Origin: Candidatus Latescibacterota bacterium
Lineage (GTDB): Bacteria; Latescibacterota; UBA2968; UBA8231
NCBI GenBank assembly: GCA_964291625.2
Contig: OZ220090.1
Location: forward strand, 832,001 to 896,000
Direction of reading: 5' to 3'
Length of the DNA: 64,000 nt
Each line of letters begins with the position of its first letter. Within the stretch, counting starts at the first letter, position 1. The position numbers and the translations under genes were made by a program. The notes under the pieces are model-generated. The model had not been told where the DNA came from. It searched no databases and saw nothing but the letters and a program-made list of their open reading frames with translations. Below, piece after piece: positions 1-10,619 of the stretch.

Positions 1-496
1 GGCGGCCGCCCTGGGCGAGATCGCCGATCCCATGGTCGTCGAGGCCCTGGTGGGCATGCTCGCCGATCCGAGCAACTTGGTACGCTTCAACGCCGCCGCC
101 GCCCTGGTCCGCCTCGGCGACCGGCGCGGCACGGAGTTCCTCTTCGGCGCCCTGGACGATACCGACGCGGTTCTGCGCCTGAACGCGATCAAGTCCCTGG
201 TCCGATTGCAGCAGTTGTCCGGACAGGTGGAGGACCGGCTCCTGGAGTGCCTGCGTTCGGACAGCCCGCGCCTGCGGTCGGGGGCGGCGCAGATCCTCGG
301 CCGGGCCGAGGTCGCCTCGGCGGTGGAGGACCTGCTCTCGACGGCGGACGACGCCGACCCGGAGGTGCGCTGCAACGTCGCCATCGCCCTGGGCCACATC
401 GGCGCTCCGTCCAGCCGCGGCACCCTCGAGCAGCTCGTGGGCGACGCCGACGAGACCGTCGCCTACTACGCCGGATGGGCCCTGGAGCAGTTGTGA
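1..496 (+). CDS. HEAT-repeat (PBS lyase-like) protein, 5' truncated by window edge
   Basis: Repeated LxDxDxxVRxxAAxALG motifs (LADPSNLVRFNAAAAL, DDADPEVRCNVAIALG); frame is open to position 1-2. Confidence 0.85.
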   Translation, partial: AAALGEIADPMVVEALVGMLADPSNLVRFNAAAALVRLGDRRGTEFLFGALDDTDAVLRLNAIKSLVRLQQLSGQVEDRLLECLRSDSPRLRSGAAQILGRAEVASAVEDLLSTADDADPEVRCNVAIALGHIGAPSSRGTLEQLVGDADETVAYYAGWALEQL

Positions 497-1470
497 TGGG
501 CGGGCGCCGGGGCAACCTCCCCCTGTTGGCTGCGGCGGCCGTCCTCGCCCTCTCGCCAACGGCCTTCGTGGCTCCCCTCGCCGCTTCGGAGACGGCGGAG
601 ACGGTGCTCATCCGGCAGATCCTGGAGAAGGACCGCTTCGGACGCCGCCGGGGAGACGCGGAGATGGTCACCTACGGGTTCGACAAGGACCGCTTCGTCG
701 CCTACGACGGCGCCGGATCGATCGACGTCCGCGCCTGGACCGTCCGCCACTCCTCCCTGGAGGAGTACCAGGCCGCTCTCGAGACCGACCTGGCGGCCAA
801 CCGCTACGACATCTCCCGCGCCGTCCTCTTCCTCACCGTCTGGAAGAACCGGGCCTTCGCCGCCACCCTCGATTCCGGCGTGGTCATCGACCGCGCCGGC
901 GACAGCCGCCGCGGCTTCGTGCAGCGCGCCATGTGGTCCTTCCTCAAGGAGGACGAGGAGTGGAGGGCCACCAGCCTCGTCATCGCCGTCGGAGACACGG
1001 CCGACGGAGGGGCCGCCGGCCGCGTCGAGGATCAGGAGGTCGCCGCCGCCCTGCAGGAGGACGCCCGCAACTGGTCCGAGGGAAGCAAGGGCGACATCCT
1101 GAGCGGGATGCAGGAGGACTTCGTCGGGAACGACTGCTACAACAGCTCGAATCCGGCCTCCTGGCTGACCGTCTTCGCCGGCCGCGAGGAGTTCGGGAAG
1201 TGGCTGGAGCAGCGCCTCGAGCACGTCGACTACGACATCGAGCGCACCGTGCTCCACGCCGTCAGCCGGGGGGACGAAGCCGTGGCCGTCACCCGCGACC
1301 GGATCACGGCGACCTACACGGCCGGGGACGCACGCCTCGAGCAGGACCGCACCTCGGCCTGGCTCCTGACGCGGCGCGCCGGGCGCTGGCGGATCACCTG
1401 CGCGTGGTGGAAGGCCAAGTCCTTCGATCCGGCCGGAGCCCCGGAGGGCGCCCCCACCGCCCGGCGCTGA
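496..1470 (+). CDS. Exported protein with two NTF2/SnoaL-like (DUF4440-type) domains
   Basis: ATG overlaps upstream TGA (TGATG); signal peptide-like N-terminus; two similar halves ending WSFLKEDEEWRAT and WLLTRRAGRWRIT. Confidence 0.65.
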   Translation: MGGRRGNLPLLAAAAVLALSPTAFVAPLAASETAETVLIRQILEKDRFGRRRGDAEMVTYGFDKDRFVAYDGAGSIDVRAWTVRHSSLEEYQAALETDLAANRYDISRAVLFLTVWKNRAFAATLDSGVVIDRAGDSRRGFVQRAMWSFLKEDEEWRATSLVIAVGDTADGGAAGRVEDQEVAAALQEDARNWSEGSKGDILSGMQEDFVGNDCYNSSNPASWLTVFAGREEFGKWLEQRLEHVDYDIERTVLHAVSRGDEAVAVTRDRITATYTAGDARLEQDRTSAWLLTRRAGRWRITCAWWKAKSFDPAGAPEGAPTARR

Positions 1471-1506
1471 CCCGCCTTCCCGGTACCTCCGCCGCCCCGG
1501 GAACCC

Positions 1507-2751
1507 GTGCCCCACGGCCTCGACAACTACGAGAACACCAACCGCCTCTTCGACAAGGGCGCCGACGCCGTCGGCCTCGACGAGGATCTCCGCCGGCTGC
1601 TGAAGACGCCCTTCCGCGAGGTCAGGGTGGAGGTGCCGGTGCGCATGTCGAGCGGCCGCATCGAGGTCTTCCTGGGCTACCGGGTGCAGCACAGCGGCGC
1701 GCGCGGGCCGATGAAAGGCGGTCTGCGGTACCACCCCGAGGTCGACCTCGACGAGGTCCGCTCCCTGGCCGCGCTGATGACCTGGAAGACGGCCCTCCTG
1801 GACCTTCCCTTCGGCGGCGCCAAGGGCGGGATCACCTGCGATCCCCTGCGGATGACCGGGGAGGAGCTCGAGCGCATGACGCGCCGGTTCACCTCGCGCA
1901 TCGGGCTCTGCTGGGGGCTGCACCGGGACATTCCCGCCCCGGACCTGAACACCGACGCCCGGGTCATGGCCTGGATCATGGACGAGTACAGCCAGCACTT
2001 CGGGTACACTCCCGGCATCGTCACCGGCAAGCCCCTGGCCCTCGGCGGCTCCCCCGGCCGGGAGGCGGCCACCGGTCGAGGCGTGAGCATCGCCGCCCGC
2101 GAAGCGGCCCGGGACTGCGGGATCGAGCTGAAGGGCGCGCGCGTGGCCATCCAGGGGTTCGGTCAGGTCGGCTCCCATGCGGCCCGGCTCCTGCACGGGA
2201 TGGGAGCCTCCATCGTCGCCGTGAGCGATCTGAGCGGCGGCCTCTTCGCGGGCGACGGCCTTCCCTTCCCCGACCTGTACGAGCACGCCCGGGAGCGCCG
2301 CGGCATCGAGGGCTTCGGCCGGGGGGAGAGCATCTCGAACGCCGATCTGCTCACCCTCGACTGCGACATCCTGATCCCGGCGGCCCTGGGCGGCGCCATC
2401 ACCGAGGAGAACGCCCGCCAGGTCCGCGCTTCCATGATCGTCGAGGCGGCCAACTCACCGGTGACGACCACCGCCGACTCCCTCCTCGAGGAACGGGGCA
2501 TCCACGTCGTTCCGGACATCCTGGCCAACGCCGGCGGCGTCACCGTCTCGTATTTCGAGTGGGTGCAGAACATCCAGGCCCTGACCTGGGAGGAGGAGGA
2601 CGTCAACGCCCGGCTCGAGCGCATGATGACCCGGGCCTACCGGAGCGTGGTGGAGCGCATGCGGTCCCACGACATCCCCATGCGCACCGCCGCCTTCGCC
2701 CTGGCCATCGAGCGCGTGGCGGAGACCGAAACCCTCAGAGGCGGATTCTAA
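1507..2751 (+). CDS. gdhA: Glu/Leu/Phe/Val dehydrogenase (probable glutamate dehydrogenase)
   Basis: GPMKGGLRYHP, PFGGAKGG, DIPAPD, REAATGRG, QGFGQVG, PDILANAGGVTVSYFEWVQN motifs. Confidence 0.92.
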   Translation: MPHGLDNYENTNRLFDKGADAVGLDEDLRRLLKTPFREVRVEVPVRMSSGRIEVFLGYRVQHSGARGPMKGGLRYHPEVDLDEVRSLAALMTWKTALLDLPFGGAKGGITCDPLRMTGEELERMTRRFTSRIGLCWGLHRDIPAPDLNTDARVMAWIMDEYSQHFGYTPGIVTGKPLALGGSPGREAATGRGVSIAAREAARDCGIELKGARVAIQGFGQVGSHAARLLHGMGASIVAVSDLSGGLFAGDGLPFPDLYEHARERRGIEGFGRGESISNADLLTLDCDILIPAALGGAITEENARQVRASMIVEAANSPVTTTADSLLEERGIHVVPDILANAGGVTVSYFEWVQNIQALTWEEEDVNARLERMMTRAYRSVVERMRSHDIPMRTAAFALAIERVAETETLRGGF

Positions 2752-2769
2752 GCGGAAGGGCTGACTGCC

Positions 2770-4655
2770 GTGGAAAAGCTCGTATGGCTCGCGGTGTTCA
2801 CACTCGGGTACTGGACCTACTGCATCTACTGGGGGGTCCGCGGAGCGCGCCAGGCGCGCACCGCGAGCGACTACTTCATCGCCGGGCGCACCATCGGCCT
2901 CTGGGTCTTCGTCCTCGCCGCCACGGCCACCTCCTTCTCGGGGTGGACCTTCGTCGGCCACCCGGGCACGATCTTCAACGTCGGTCTGCCCTACGCCTTC
3001 GCCTCCTTCTATGCCATCACCATCCCCTTCACCGGCGTGCTCTTCCTCAAGCGCCAGTGGCTGCTCGGGCGGAGGTACGGATACATCACCCCCGGCGAGA
3101 TGTTCTCCGACTACTACCGTACCGACTCGATGCGCCTGCTCACGGTGCTCGTGGCCATGGTGTTCTCGGTCCCCTATCTCGGTATCCAGCTGCGGGCCTC
3201 GGGCCTCCTCTTCTCCCGCCTGGTGGAGGGCACCCCCCTGCAGCAGACCTTCCTCGGCTCCATCGAGGGCGGCGCCATCCTGCTGTCGGTTGTCGTCTTC
3301 CTGTACGTCGCCTCGGGCGGCCTGCGGTCGGTGGCCTACGTCGACTGCGCCCAGTGCATCCTGCTGGCGCTGGGCATCATCGTCCTCGGCTTCGTCGCCC
3401 TCGACCTGGTGGGCGGGTGGGCCGCCTTCAAGGAAGGACTGGCGGGACTGGCACGCGTCAAGCCGGACATGGTGGCCATCCCCTCCCGGCCGGAGTCGGG
3501 CTCCTTCCTGGAACGGGCCGGCACCCTGTTCTGGGGCGCCTCCGGCGGTCCCTGGACGGCGATGATGATCCTGACCTACATGTTCGCCCTCATGGGCATC
3601 CAGTCGTCTCCCGCCTTCAGCATGTGGGCCTTCTCCAACAAGGACCCCCGGCCTTCCCCTGGCAGCAGGTGGTGGCCTCGTCCCTGGCGATCGGGGGCAT
3701 CATGTTCTTCTTCACCGCCTTCCAGGGTCTCAGCGGCTCCATCCTGTTTCACGAGATCCTGCCGGACACGGAGAAGCTCGGCCTGCCCACCAACGAGGCG
3801 GGCAAGCCGCTGACCGACTACCTCGTGCCGTACCTGATCGGCTCCCTGGAGCGGGCGGCGCCGTGGCTGGTGGGCCTGCTGTGCGTCTGCGCCCTGGCGG
3901 CGATGCAGTCTACGGGCGCCGCCTACATGTCGACGGCCAGCGGCATCGTCACCCGCGACCTCTACCGCCACTTCTTCTCTCGCGATGTCAGCCACCGCGT
4001 GCAGGTCCTCGTCGGCCGCCTCACGGTCTTCGTCATCGTCGCCCTGGCCCTCCTGGTGGGCCTGGCCTCCGGCGATCTGCTGGTGCTCCTCGGCGGGGCC
4101 GCCGTCTCCTACGGGTTCCAGATGTGGCCCGCCCTCCTCGGCATCTGCTACATCCGCTGGTTCACCCCCAAGGGCGTCTCCTGGGGTCTGGCCGCCGGGA
4201 TCGCCGCCGTCACCGTGACCTACGTCACCCAGCTGGGCGGGCTCGTGGGCATCGGCCGCTATCCGCTCACCGTCCACAGCGCCGGATGGGGGATCCTCTG
4301 CAACCTCGGCGTGTGCATCGTCGTCAGCGCCCTGACCCAGAGCTCGAGGGATTCCGGACACCGCGCCGGTTACCACGACTTCCTCAAGGAGCACACCGCC
4401 CTGTCCCCCGGGCGGCAGCGCTGGAGGAAGCCGGTGTGGATCCTCACGGCGGTCTGGTTCCTGTGCGCCATCGGGCCCTTCGCCGTCCTCGGCAACGAGG
4501 CCGACCCGTCCCGCTGGATCATGGGGATCCCCACCCTGTGGATCTGGCAGATCGCGTGGTGGATCATCGGCGTGGGGATGATGTACCTCCTCGCCTTCAA
4601 GCTGGAGATGTCCACCGTGCCGCGGACCGAAGTGAAGGCGCTCGAATCCGACTGA
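2770..4655 (+). CDS. Sodium:solute symporter (SSS family), one frameshift near 3652 (pseudogene or sequencing error)
   Basis: DYFIAGR, ATSFSGWTFVG and GGLRSVAYVD in the 2770 frame; continues as FPWQQVVAS...ALAAMQST in the frame ending at 4655; adding one C in cggccttcccc joins the frames. Confidence 0.85.
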
Positions 4656-6343
4656 CCCGCACACCCCTGCTGCTGCGGCTGCCCGCCACCCTCGTCCTGA
4701 TCGCGGCCGTCAGCGGTTGGCTGCTGCCGGGATACGGGGCGCACGGAGGCTGGAGTCTGTTCCCGCCGCTCTGCGCCATCTCCGTGGCCATCGTAACGGG
4801 GCGCCTGGTCCTCGGCCTGGCCTCCGCCCTCCTGGGGGCGGCCCTCCTCACGACTCCCCTCGAGGGCTGGAACGCTCTCTGGCAGGTCCCGGCAACGGTG
4901 GCCGCCGACTTCATCTGGCGGCCCCTGAGCGACTCCTTCCAGCTCTTCATCCTGGCCTTCACCGTCTCCCTCATCGGCATGGTCCGCGTTGTCGCCGTGG
5001 CCGGCGGCACGCGCGGCATCGCCGAAACCCTGGCCCGCCGGGCCCGGGGGCGGTCGACGGCGCGGCTGGCGACCTGGCTCCTGGGCCTGGCCATCTTCTT
5101 CGACGACTACGCCAACACCCTGGTGGTGGGGACCACCATGCGGCCGGTCTGCGACCGCCTGCGGATCTCCCGGGAGAAGCTGGCCTATCTCGTCGACTCC
5201 ACGGCGGCCCCGGTGGCGGGCCTCGCCGTGATCAGCACCTGGATCGGCTACGAGGTCGGTCTGCTGCAGGACGCCATGGACAGCCTGGGCACGGGAATCT
5301 CCGGGTACGAGCTGTTCTTCCGCGCCCTGACGAGCCGGTTCTACTGCTGGCTCGCCATCCTCTTCGTGGGCGCCACGATCCTGCTGCGCCGGGACGCCGG
5401 TCCCATGCTGGTTGCCGAGCGGCGGGCGGCCACCCGCGGCGAGGTCCTCCGGCCCGGGGCCGTGCAGCTCACGGGGGACGGTGCCGAACGGAATCTCGAG
5501 CCGCCGGAAGGGGTCACGCCCGACTGGCGTCTGGCCGCGGCGCCGGTCCTGGTCGTCGTGATCGGGGTGATCCTCGGCATGCAGTGGGACACCTGGGAGC
5601 ACCCCGAGGTGCGTGGCGCCCGGGAGGAGGGGGTCCTGAGCGCCGGCTACTGGACCGCCGTGCTCGCCAACGCCGCCGGCGCCAAGGTGATGTTCCTCGC
5701 CGCAGGCGCCGGGTCGGTCACCGCCTTCCTCCTGGCCGTGACCCGCCGCCGGGAGGACGGCTCGCGGCCGGTCCGGCCCCGGGCGGCGCTGGGGGCGTGG
5801 ATCGGCGGCGTCACCGGGTTCCACCGGGCCCTGGTGATCCTGGTCCTCGCCTGGGCCATCAAGGAAGCCTGCTCCGCGGTGGACACCAGCGGCTATCTGC
5901 TGGCCGCCCTCGGAGACTCCATGCCGGCGGAGCTGCTTCCCGTGCTCGTCTTCCTGCTGGCGGCGGCCGTCGCCTTCTCCATCGGCACGTCGTGGACGGC
6001 GATGGCGATCCTGCTGCCCACCACCCTGCCCCTGGCCCACGCCCTCGGCGGCCTGCCGACGACGGTCCTCGTGGCCGCCGCGGTCCTCGACGGCGCCATC
6101 TTCGGGGACCACTGCTCGCCGATCAGCGACACCACGGTGCTGTCGAGCGTCGCCGCCGGGTGCGACCACCTAGATCACGTGAAGACCCAGGTCCCCTATG
6201 CTGTCGGCATCATGTCGGTGGCCGCCCTCTGCGGCTACGTGGGCACCGCCGCCGCCTATCCGGCCTGGGTCGGCCTGGGCCTGGGGATCGCGGTCTCCTG
6301 GGGGGGGCTGTGGCTGCTGGGAAAGGACCCGGACGCCCCGTGA
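4652..6343 (+). CDS. NhaC-family Na+/H+ antiporter-like transporter
   Basis: IFFDDYAN, VDSTAAP, GTSW and FGDHCSPISDTT motifs; probable CTG start overlapping upstream TGA (start uncertain). Confidence 0.85.
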   Translation: MTRTPLLLRLPATLVLIAAVSGWLLPGYGAHGGWSLFPPLCAISVAIVTGRLVLGLASALLGAALLTTPLEGWNALWQVPATVAADFIWRPLSDSFQLFILAFTVSLIGMVRVVAVAGGTRGIAETLARRARGRSTARLATWLLGLAIFFDDYANTLVVGTTMRPVCDRLRISREKLAYLVDSTAAPVAGLAVISTWIGYEVGLLQDAMDSLGTGISGYELFFRALTSRFYCWLAILFVGATILLRRDAGPMLVAERRAATRGEVLRPGAVQLTGDGAERNLEPPEGVTPDWRLAAAPVLVVVIGVILGMQWDTWEHPEVRGAREEGVLSAGYWTAVLANAAGAKVMFLAAGAGSVTAFLLAVTRRREDGSRPVRPRAALGAWIGGVTGFHRALVILVLAWAIKEACSAVDTSGYLLAALGDSMPAELLPVLVFLLAAAVAFSIGTSWTAMAILLPTTLPLAHALGGLPTTVLVAAAVLDGAIFGDHCSPISDTTVLSSVAAGCDHLDHVKTQVPYAVGIMSVAALCGYVGTAAAYPAWVGLGLGIAVSWGGLWLLGKDPDAP

Positions 6344-6347
6344 GTGG

Positions 6348-6860
6348 CTACCAGGAAGCCGTGGTGCGGTCCACGATCTCCTCGACGAACATGGCCATGG
6401 CCGCCTCGACGGCGGGGTCCCGCCCTTCCTCGTCGGGCAGCGCCGCGTCGTAGGTCCCCCAGCCCACGAGGGATTCGATCTCGAGGAGCTCGCCGCCGTC
6501 GGAGGTGCGCTCGAGCAGGGCGCCGCCGAAGAGGCGGAAGCGGTACTGCTCCGTCACCTCTGCAGCGGTGTGGATGAGGGGCTGGTCCTCGAGCCGGTCG
6601 AGGCGCAGCAGGAGCACGGCGTCGGCCGACTCCTCGTCGACTACCCGCAGGCGTCCGTCCTCGAGGAAGGCCTCGGTGACGCGGTCCGTCAGCCTTTGGG
6701 CGATGTCGACCTCGGGGGTCCCGTTCTCCGCCGTTGGAATGGCGACGGTGCGGATGCCGCCGACGAGGCCGCCGCTCGTGGAGTAGTGGGAGCACGCGCC
6801 GAGGAGCAGGACCAGGAGGATGCGCCGCGGGACCGGCCTCCCGCCCTCAGCCGGGGGCAT
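6348..6860 (-). CDS. lptE: LptE-family LPS assembly lipoprotein
   Basis: Lipobox LLGAC followed by YS, then IRTVAIPxxENxT and LRVVDEESADAVL, typical of FCB-type LptE; start uncertain (6860 or 6875). Confidence 0.7.
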   Translation of the reverse strand: MPPAEGGRPVPRRILLVLLLGACSHYSTSGGLVGGIRTVAIPTAENGTPEVDIAQRLTDRVTEAFLEDGRLRVVDEESADAVLLLRLDRLEDQPLIHTAAEVTEQYRFRLFGGALLERTSDGGELLEIESLVGWGTYDAALPDEEGRDPAVEAAMAMFVEEIVDRTTASW

Positions 6861-7419
6861 CCGGCCGCGGGTCATCCGTTCCGGAGGGATCCGCCTGGTC
6901 GGCCGCCGGACCGCCGTCGGCCTGTCCGGTCGACTCGTAGGTCTCGGAGGGCAGATCGGGGACCACCTTCGACGGGGCGGCGTCCATCTCGGCGATCCCT
7001 TCGAGGGAGATGGCCCGCGCCGTGTCGCCCACGCTGATGGGATGGGCCTGGGGGCGTCCCGACAGATCGGAGGACCGCACCGCCAGGCGTTCGCGCTCGC
7101 TGGCGTGATTCCCGTAGAGGCCGAAGGAGTGACGCACCATCATGGCGCTCAGGGTAGCGGTGGCCGCCGGGGCTGCCTCTGCGAGGGGAGACCGGGCCGT
7201 GGCCATCTGTTCCTGCACGTGGGTGACGGCCACCCGCCCCTTCACCGATTCCCAGCGTCCGAGGCTCTCTCCCGAGTCCGGGTCCCGGATGTCGTCGTGC
7301 TCGGCGACGACGGCGAACAACATGCCCTCGTGGACCCCGTGGCGGGCGCCGACGTTCAGCACCAGGGTCGTGTCGTCGACGATGGCGGCCACCTTGCCGG
7401 TGATCGGCTCGCTCATCAC
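6847..7419 (-). CDS. Hypothetical protein with FlgT C-terminal-like beta domain
   Basis: GKVAAIVDDTTLVLNVGxxxGVxEGMxF...DPDSGESLG pattern; AGGAG RBS upstream. Confidence 0.55.
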   Translation of the reverse strand: MMSEPITGKVAAIVDDTTLVLNVGARHGVHEGMLFAVVAEHDDIRDPDSGESLGRWESVKGRVAVTHVQEQMATARSPLAEAAPAATATLSAMMVRHSFGLYGNHASERERLAVRSSDLSGRPQAHPISVGDTARAISLEGIAEMDAAPSKVVPDLPSETYESTGQADGGPAADQADPSGTDDPRPDAPG

Positions 7420-7504
7420 AGCCTCTCCTGACTCTCGGGTACTGTTGAAGTCGCTGCCGTGGAAGATAGGGGTCCCGCGGCACGCCGGCAGGCCGGCGGC
7501 GGGG

Positions 7505-8533
7505 TCAGTCCGGGTGCAGGGCGATCGATCCCGTGGGCCGGTCGCCGGGCCTCCAGTCGACGAGGAAGTCCTGCGGATCCCGGTATCCGTTGAGGCCGCC
7601 GCGGCTGCGGACCTGGTAGCGCACGGCGTAGTGGAGGTGAGGCCCGGTGGAACGGCCGGTGCTGCCCATCGTCCCCAGCGTGTCCCCCCGAGCGACTCGC
7701 TGGCCCTTGCGGACGAGGATCTTGTGCAGGTGTCCGTACTCGGTGCGAAGCAGCCCCGGGCGCGAGGTCTCCGTGCCGTCCTCGCCGGTGACCAGCGGGT
7801 CGTGGTTCACCACGACCACCTTTCCGAGGAACCGGTCGGCGTAGGCATAGGCCACCTCGCCGGCGGCGGTGGCCACGATGGGCAGGCCCCGGGGGCCCGC
7901 CAGGTCGATGCCGAGGTGCTTCGACTTCAGTCCGGTGAAGGGGTCATCCCGTTCCCCGAAGCCGGAGGAGATCCAGACCTTGCGGACATCGGCCACCGGC
8001 CAGATCGTCGGTACGTAGAGGAGGTTCTCCTTGTTGGCCTCGAAGGTCTCGATCAGGCTCTGGGAACTGGTCAGCTGGTAGAGGGCTTCCCGCTGGAGGT
8101 TCTGGATGCGCTGGGACAGGTTCTCGATCCGCTCCTCCGCCGGCCGGGCGGTGGAGTAGTGGGGCCGATCGTCGGGGTGCCGGCGCCCTCCGACCCCGGG
8201 GGCCGGGTCATCCGCGCCGACGGAGCCGACGGCCGGATCGTCGAGCCCCTCCTGGCGCGCTAGCTTTCCGACGACCGCCTCGAGCCGGCCCAGGTCGCGG
8301 CGGGCGGAGTCGAGCCTGGCCTCGAGGAGGACGTTTTCGCCGCGGAGGCGGCCGGCCAGGTGCTCCCCCGGATCGGGGCGGGTGTGGAACTGCAACGCGT
8401 AGTAGCCGAACAGGCCGGACAGCAGGAAGAGGGCGATACCGCCGCCCCAGAGCAGGCGGGTGGAGAGCCCGAATTCGCGGACCCTGCCGTCGTTCTGGGG
8501 GATGACGATGAAGTTGATTCGTTTGCCGGGCAT
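7505..8533 (-). CDS. M23-family metallopeptidase (peptidoglycan DD-endopeptidase) with TM anchor and coiled coil
   Basis: ISSGFGERxDPF, HLGID (HxxxD), YGHL, GSTGRSTGPHLHY (HxH). Confidence 0.9.
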   Translation of the reverse strand: MPGKRINFIVIPQNDGRVREFGLSTRLLWGGGIALFLLSGLFGYYALQFHTRPDPGEHLAGRLRGENVLLEARLDSARRDLGRLEAVVGKLARQEGLDDPAVGSVGADDPAPGVGGRRHPDDRPHYSTARPAEERIENLSQRIQNLQREALYQLTSSQSLIETFEANKENLLYVPTIWPVADVRKVWISSGFGERDDPFTGLKSKHLGIDLAGPRGLPIVATAAGEVAYAYADRFLGKVVVVNHDPLVTGEDGTETSRPGLLRTEYGHLHKILVRKGQRVARGDTLGTMGSTGRSTGPHLHYAVRYQVRSRGGLNGYRDPQDFLVDWRPGDRPTGSIALHPD

Positions 8534-8679
8534 TGCGGGTAACTATAGGTCGATTCCACCGGATCGCCAACTACCGCCGATGGTTGCGACCCCAATCCGT
8601 GATTCGTAACTTCATTCGTTTCCGTTACTTGCCTTCAGAAGCAAGCGTCAGCTTCCCCGCTCCCGCTCCGGAGATCGCG

Positions 8680-10614
8680 ATGATCCACGGCCCCCGTCGT
8701 ATCGCCGCCCTGGTGCTGCTGACGGCCGCGGCGGCCACCGGGGAGGCGGCCTCCCGGCCCACGATCCAGGACGAGCTCAAGGGCTCCTTCTTCCCCATCG
8801 TCCGCTTCATCAACTCCTACTACATGTATGAGATCTCCCCGGACACTCTGATGCAGGCCGGGCTGAGGGGGACCTTCCGCGCCCTCGATCCGTCCTCCGA
8901 CTTCTCCATCAGCGGACCCGAGGAGGACTGGCAGAGGAACTTTTCCACCTTCGAGCGCGCCGTCCGCGTCGTCGACAGGAAAGCGTTCTACACCGTTGGC
9001 GCCGACACCCTCATCCGCCTCGGGATCGACGGCATGATGTCCGTCCTCGACCCGGACACGGTGTTCATGGAAAAGCTGAGTCTCGACAACTTCCACATCA
9101 ACACCCGCGGCGAGTACGGAGGCCTCGGATTCCGCATCCAGGTCGTCTACCCCGACAGCGCCATCGCCGTGTGGGCGCTGCTGCACGAGGACACCCCGGC
9201 GGCCCGGGCGGGCGTGAAGTCGGGGGACCTGATCCTGGCCATCGACGGCGAGTCGACGCGATCGATGAACGCCAGCGAGGCCGCCACCCGGATGCGCGGC
9301 ACCGTCGACACCGACGTGACCCTGAGCCTGAGCCGGGCGGGCGTGGACGAGCCTTTCGACATCACCGTCACCCGCGAGGTGGTGCACATCAACTCCGTGC
9401 CTTCCCACGTGATGTTCCCGGACTCCACGGGCTACATCAAGCTCACCGGCTTTCAGCACAAGTCCAGTCAGGAGGTGCGCGCCGCCCTGGCCGACCTCCT
9501 CGACCGAGGCATGAAGCGGCTGATCTTCGACCTGCGCGGCAACGGCGGCGGCTACCTGACCGAGGCCGTGCAGGTGGCGGACCTGTTCCTGCCGCGGGGC
9601 CGTCTGGTGGTCTACACCGCCGGACGCGCCTTCGAGGACACGACGCGGTACGTCACCACCGAGGAGCCCATGTTCGGCGAGGGGCCGCTCATGATCCTCG
9701 TCGACGGCGCCTCGGCGAGCGCCTCCGAGATCGTCTCCGGGGCGATTCAGGACTGGGACCGGGGCCTCGTCCTCGGGACCCCGACGGTCGGCAAGGGCTC
9801 GGTTCAGCAGACCGTCAGCATCGGCGAGCGCGCCGAGCTCAAGCTCACCATGGCCGCCTACTTCATCCCCAGCGGCCGCTCCATCGACAAGCGGATGCGC
9901 AAGGACTCCACTCTCGTGGCGATGGCCGACCAGGAGTACCGCACCCGGACCCTCGGCCGCCGGGTGCGGGGCGCCGGCGGCATCACCCCCGACATCGACA
10001 TGGAGCGCCGGCGCTCCTCGCGGCTGTACGCCCAGCTCTCGGGCTGGGGCCGGAGGGGCACGTCATTCTTCAACAACAGCCGGTTCTTCCGGTTCTCGCG
10101 GCAGTATCCCGCCCGCCACCCGGACCTCTCCCCCGACTTCGTGGCGGGAGAGGGCACCCTGCAGGCCTTCCGCGACTTCGTCGAGGCCGACGGCTTCGAG
10201 TACACGAGCGCCCTGGAGACCAAGCTCGACGAGCTGCGGGAAGAGGTGGACGGCGAGGGAGAGCGGGCGATGGCGGCGTTGGACGGCTCCCTGAAGCAGG
10301 TGGAGGACGAGATCGACCAGATCGAGGAGTTCCACTGGAAGGACAGCGCCGAGCTGCTCACCCGGAAGCTGACCTTCGACATCCGCGAAAAGGCCTTCGG
10401 GATCGAGCAGGCCTACGCCTACGACGTCACCGTCGACCCGCAGATCCAGCGGGCCCTGGAGGTCCTCGGATCCGAGGCCGATTACCAGGCCTGGTTCAAG
10501 ATCCCCGCGATCGGCGGCGGGCCGGCCGTCGCGGCGGCCACCGACACCGGGGCCGTCGAGGTCGACGGACTGGTTCGCCTCGACAGCCCGGAGAGGGAGA
10601 CCGGCGGAGACTGA
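8680..10614 (+). CDS. ctpA: S41A C-terminal processing protease with PDZ domain
   Basis: Signal peptide, YGGLG PDZ loop, DLRGNGGG, SASASEIV (catalytic Ser), TVGKGSVQ (catalytic Lys). Confidence 0.9.
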   Translation: MIHGPRRIAALVLLTAAAATGEAASRPTIQDELKGSFFPIVRFINSYYMYEISPDTLMQAGLRGTFRALDPSSDFSISGPEEDWQRNFSTFERAVRVVDRKAFYTVGADTLIRLGIDGMMSVLDPDTVFMEKLSLDNFHINTRGEYGGLGFRIQVVYPDSAIAVWALLHEDTPAARAGVKSGDLILAIDGESTRSMNASEAATRMRGTVDTDVTLSLSRAGVDEPFDITVTREVVHINSVPSHVMFPDSTGYIKLTGFQHKSSQEVRAALADLLDRGMKRLIFDLRGNGGGYLTEAVQVADLFLPRGRLVVYTAGRAFEDTTRYVTTEEPMFGEGPLMILVDGASASASEIVSGAIQDWDRGLVLGTPTVGKGSVQQTVSIGERAELKLTMAAYFIPSGRSIDKRMRKDSTLVAMADQEYRTRTLGRRVRGAGGITPDIDMERRRSSRLYAQLSGWGRRGTSFFNNSRFFRFSRQYPARHPDLSPDFVAGEGTLQAFRDFVEADGFEYTSALETKLDELREEVDGEGERAMAALDGSLKQVEDEIDQIEEFHWKDSAELLTRKLTFDIREKAFGIEQAYAYDVTVDPQIQRALEVLGSEADYQAWFKIPAIGGGPAVAAATDTGAVEVDGLVRLDSPERETGGD

Positions 10615-10619
10615 GGGCG

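Noticed and set aside
3640-3665. Programmed ribosomal frameshift in the symporter
   Set aside because: No canonical slippery heptamer and no precedent I know of in this family; an indel is more parsimonious.
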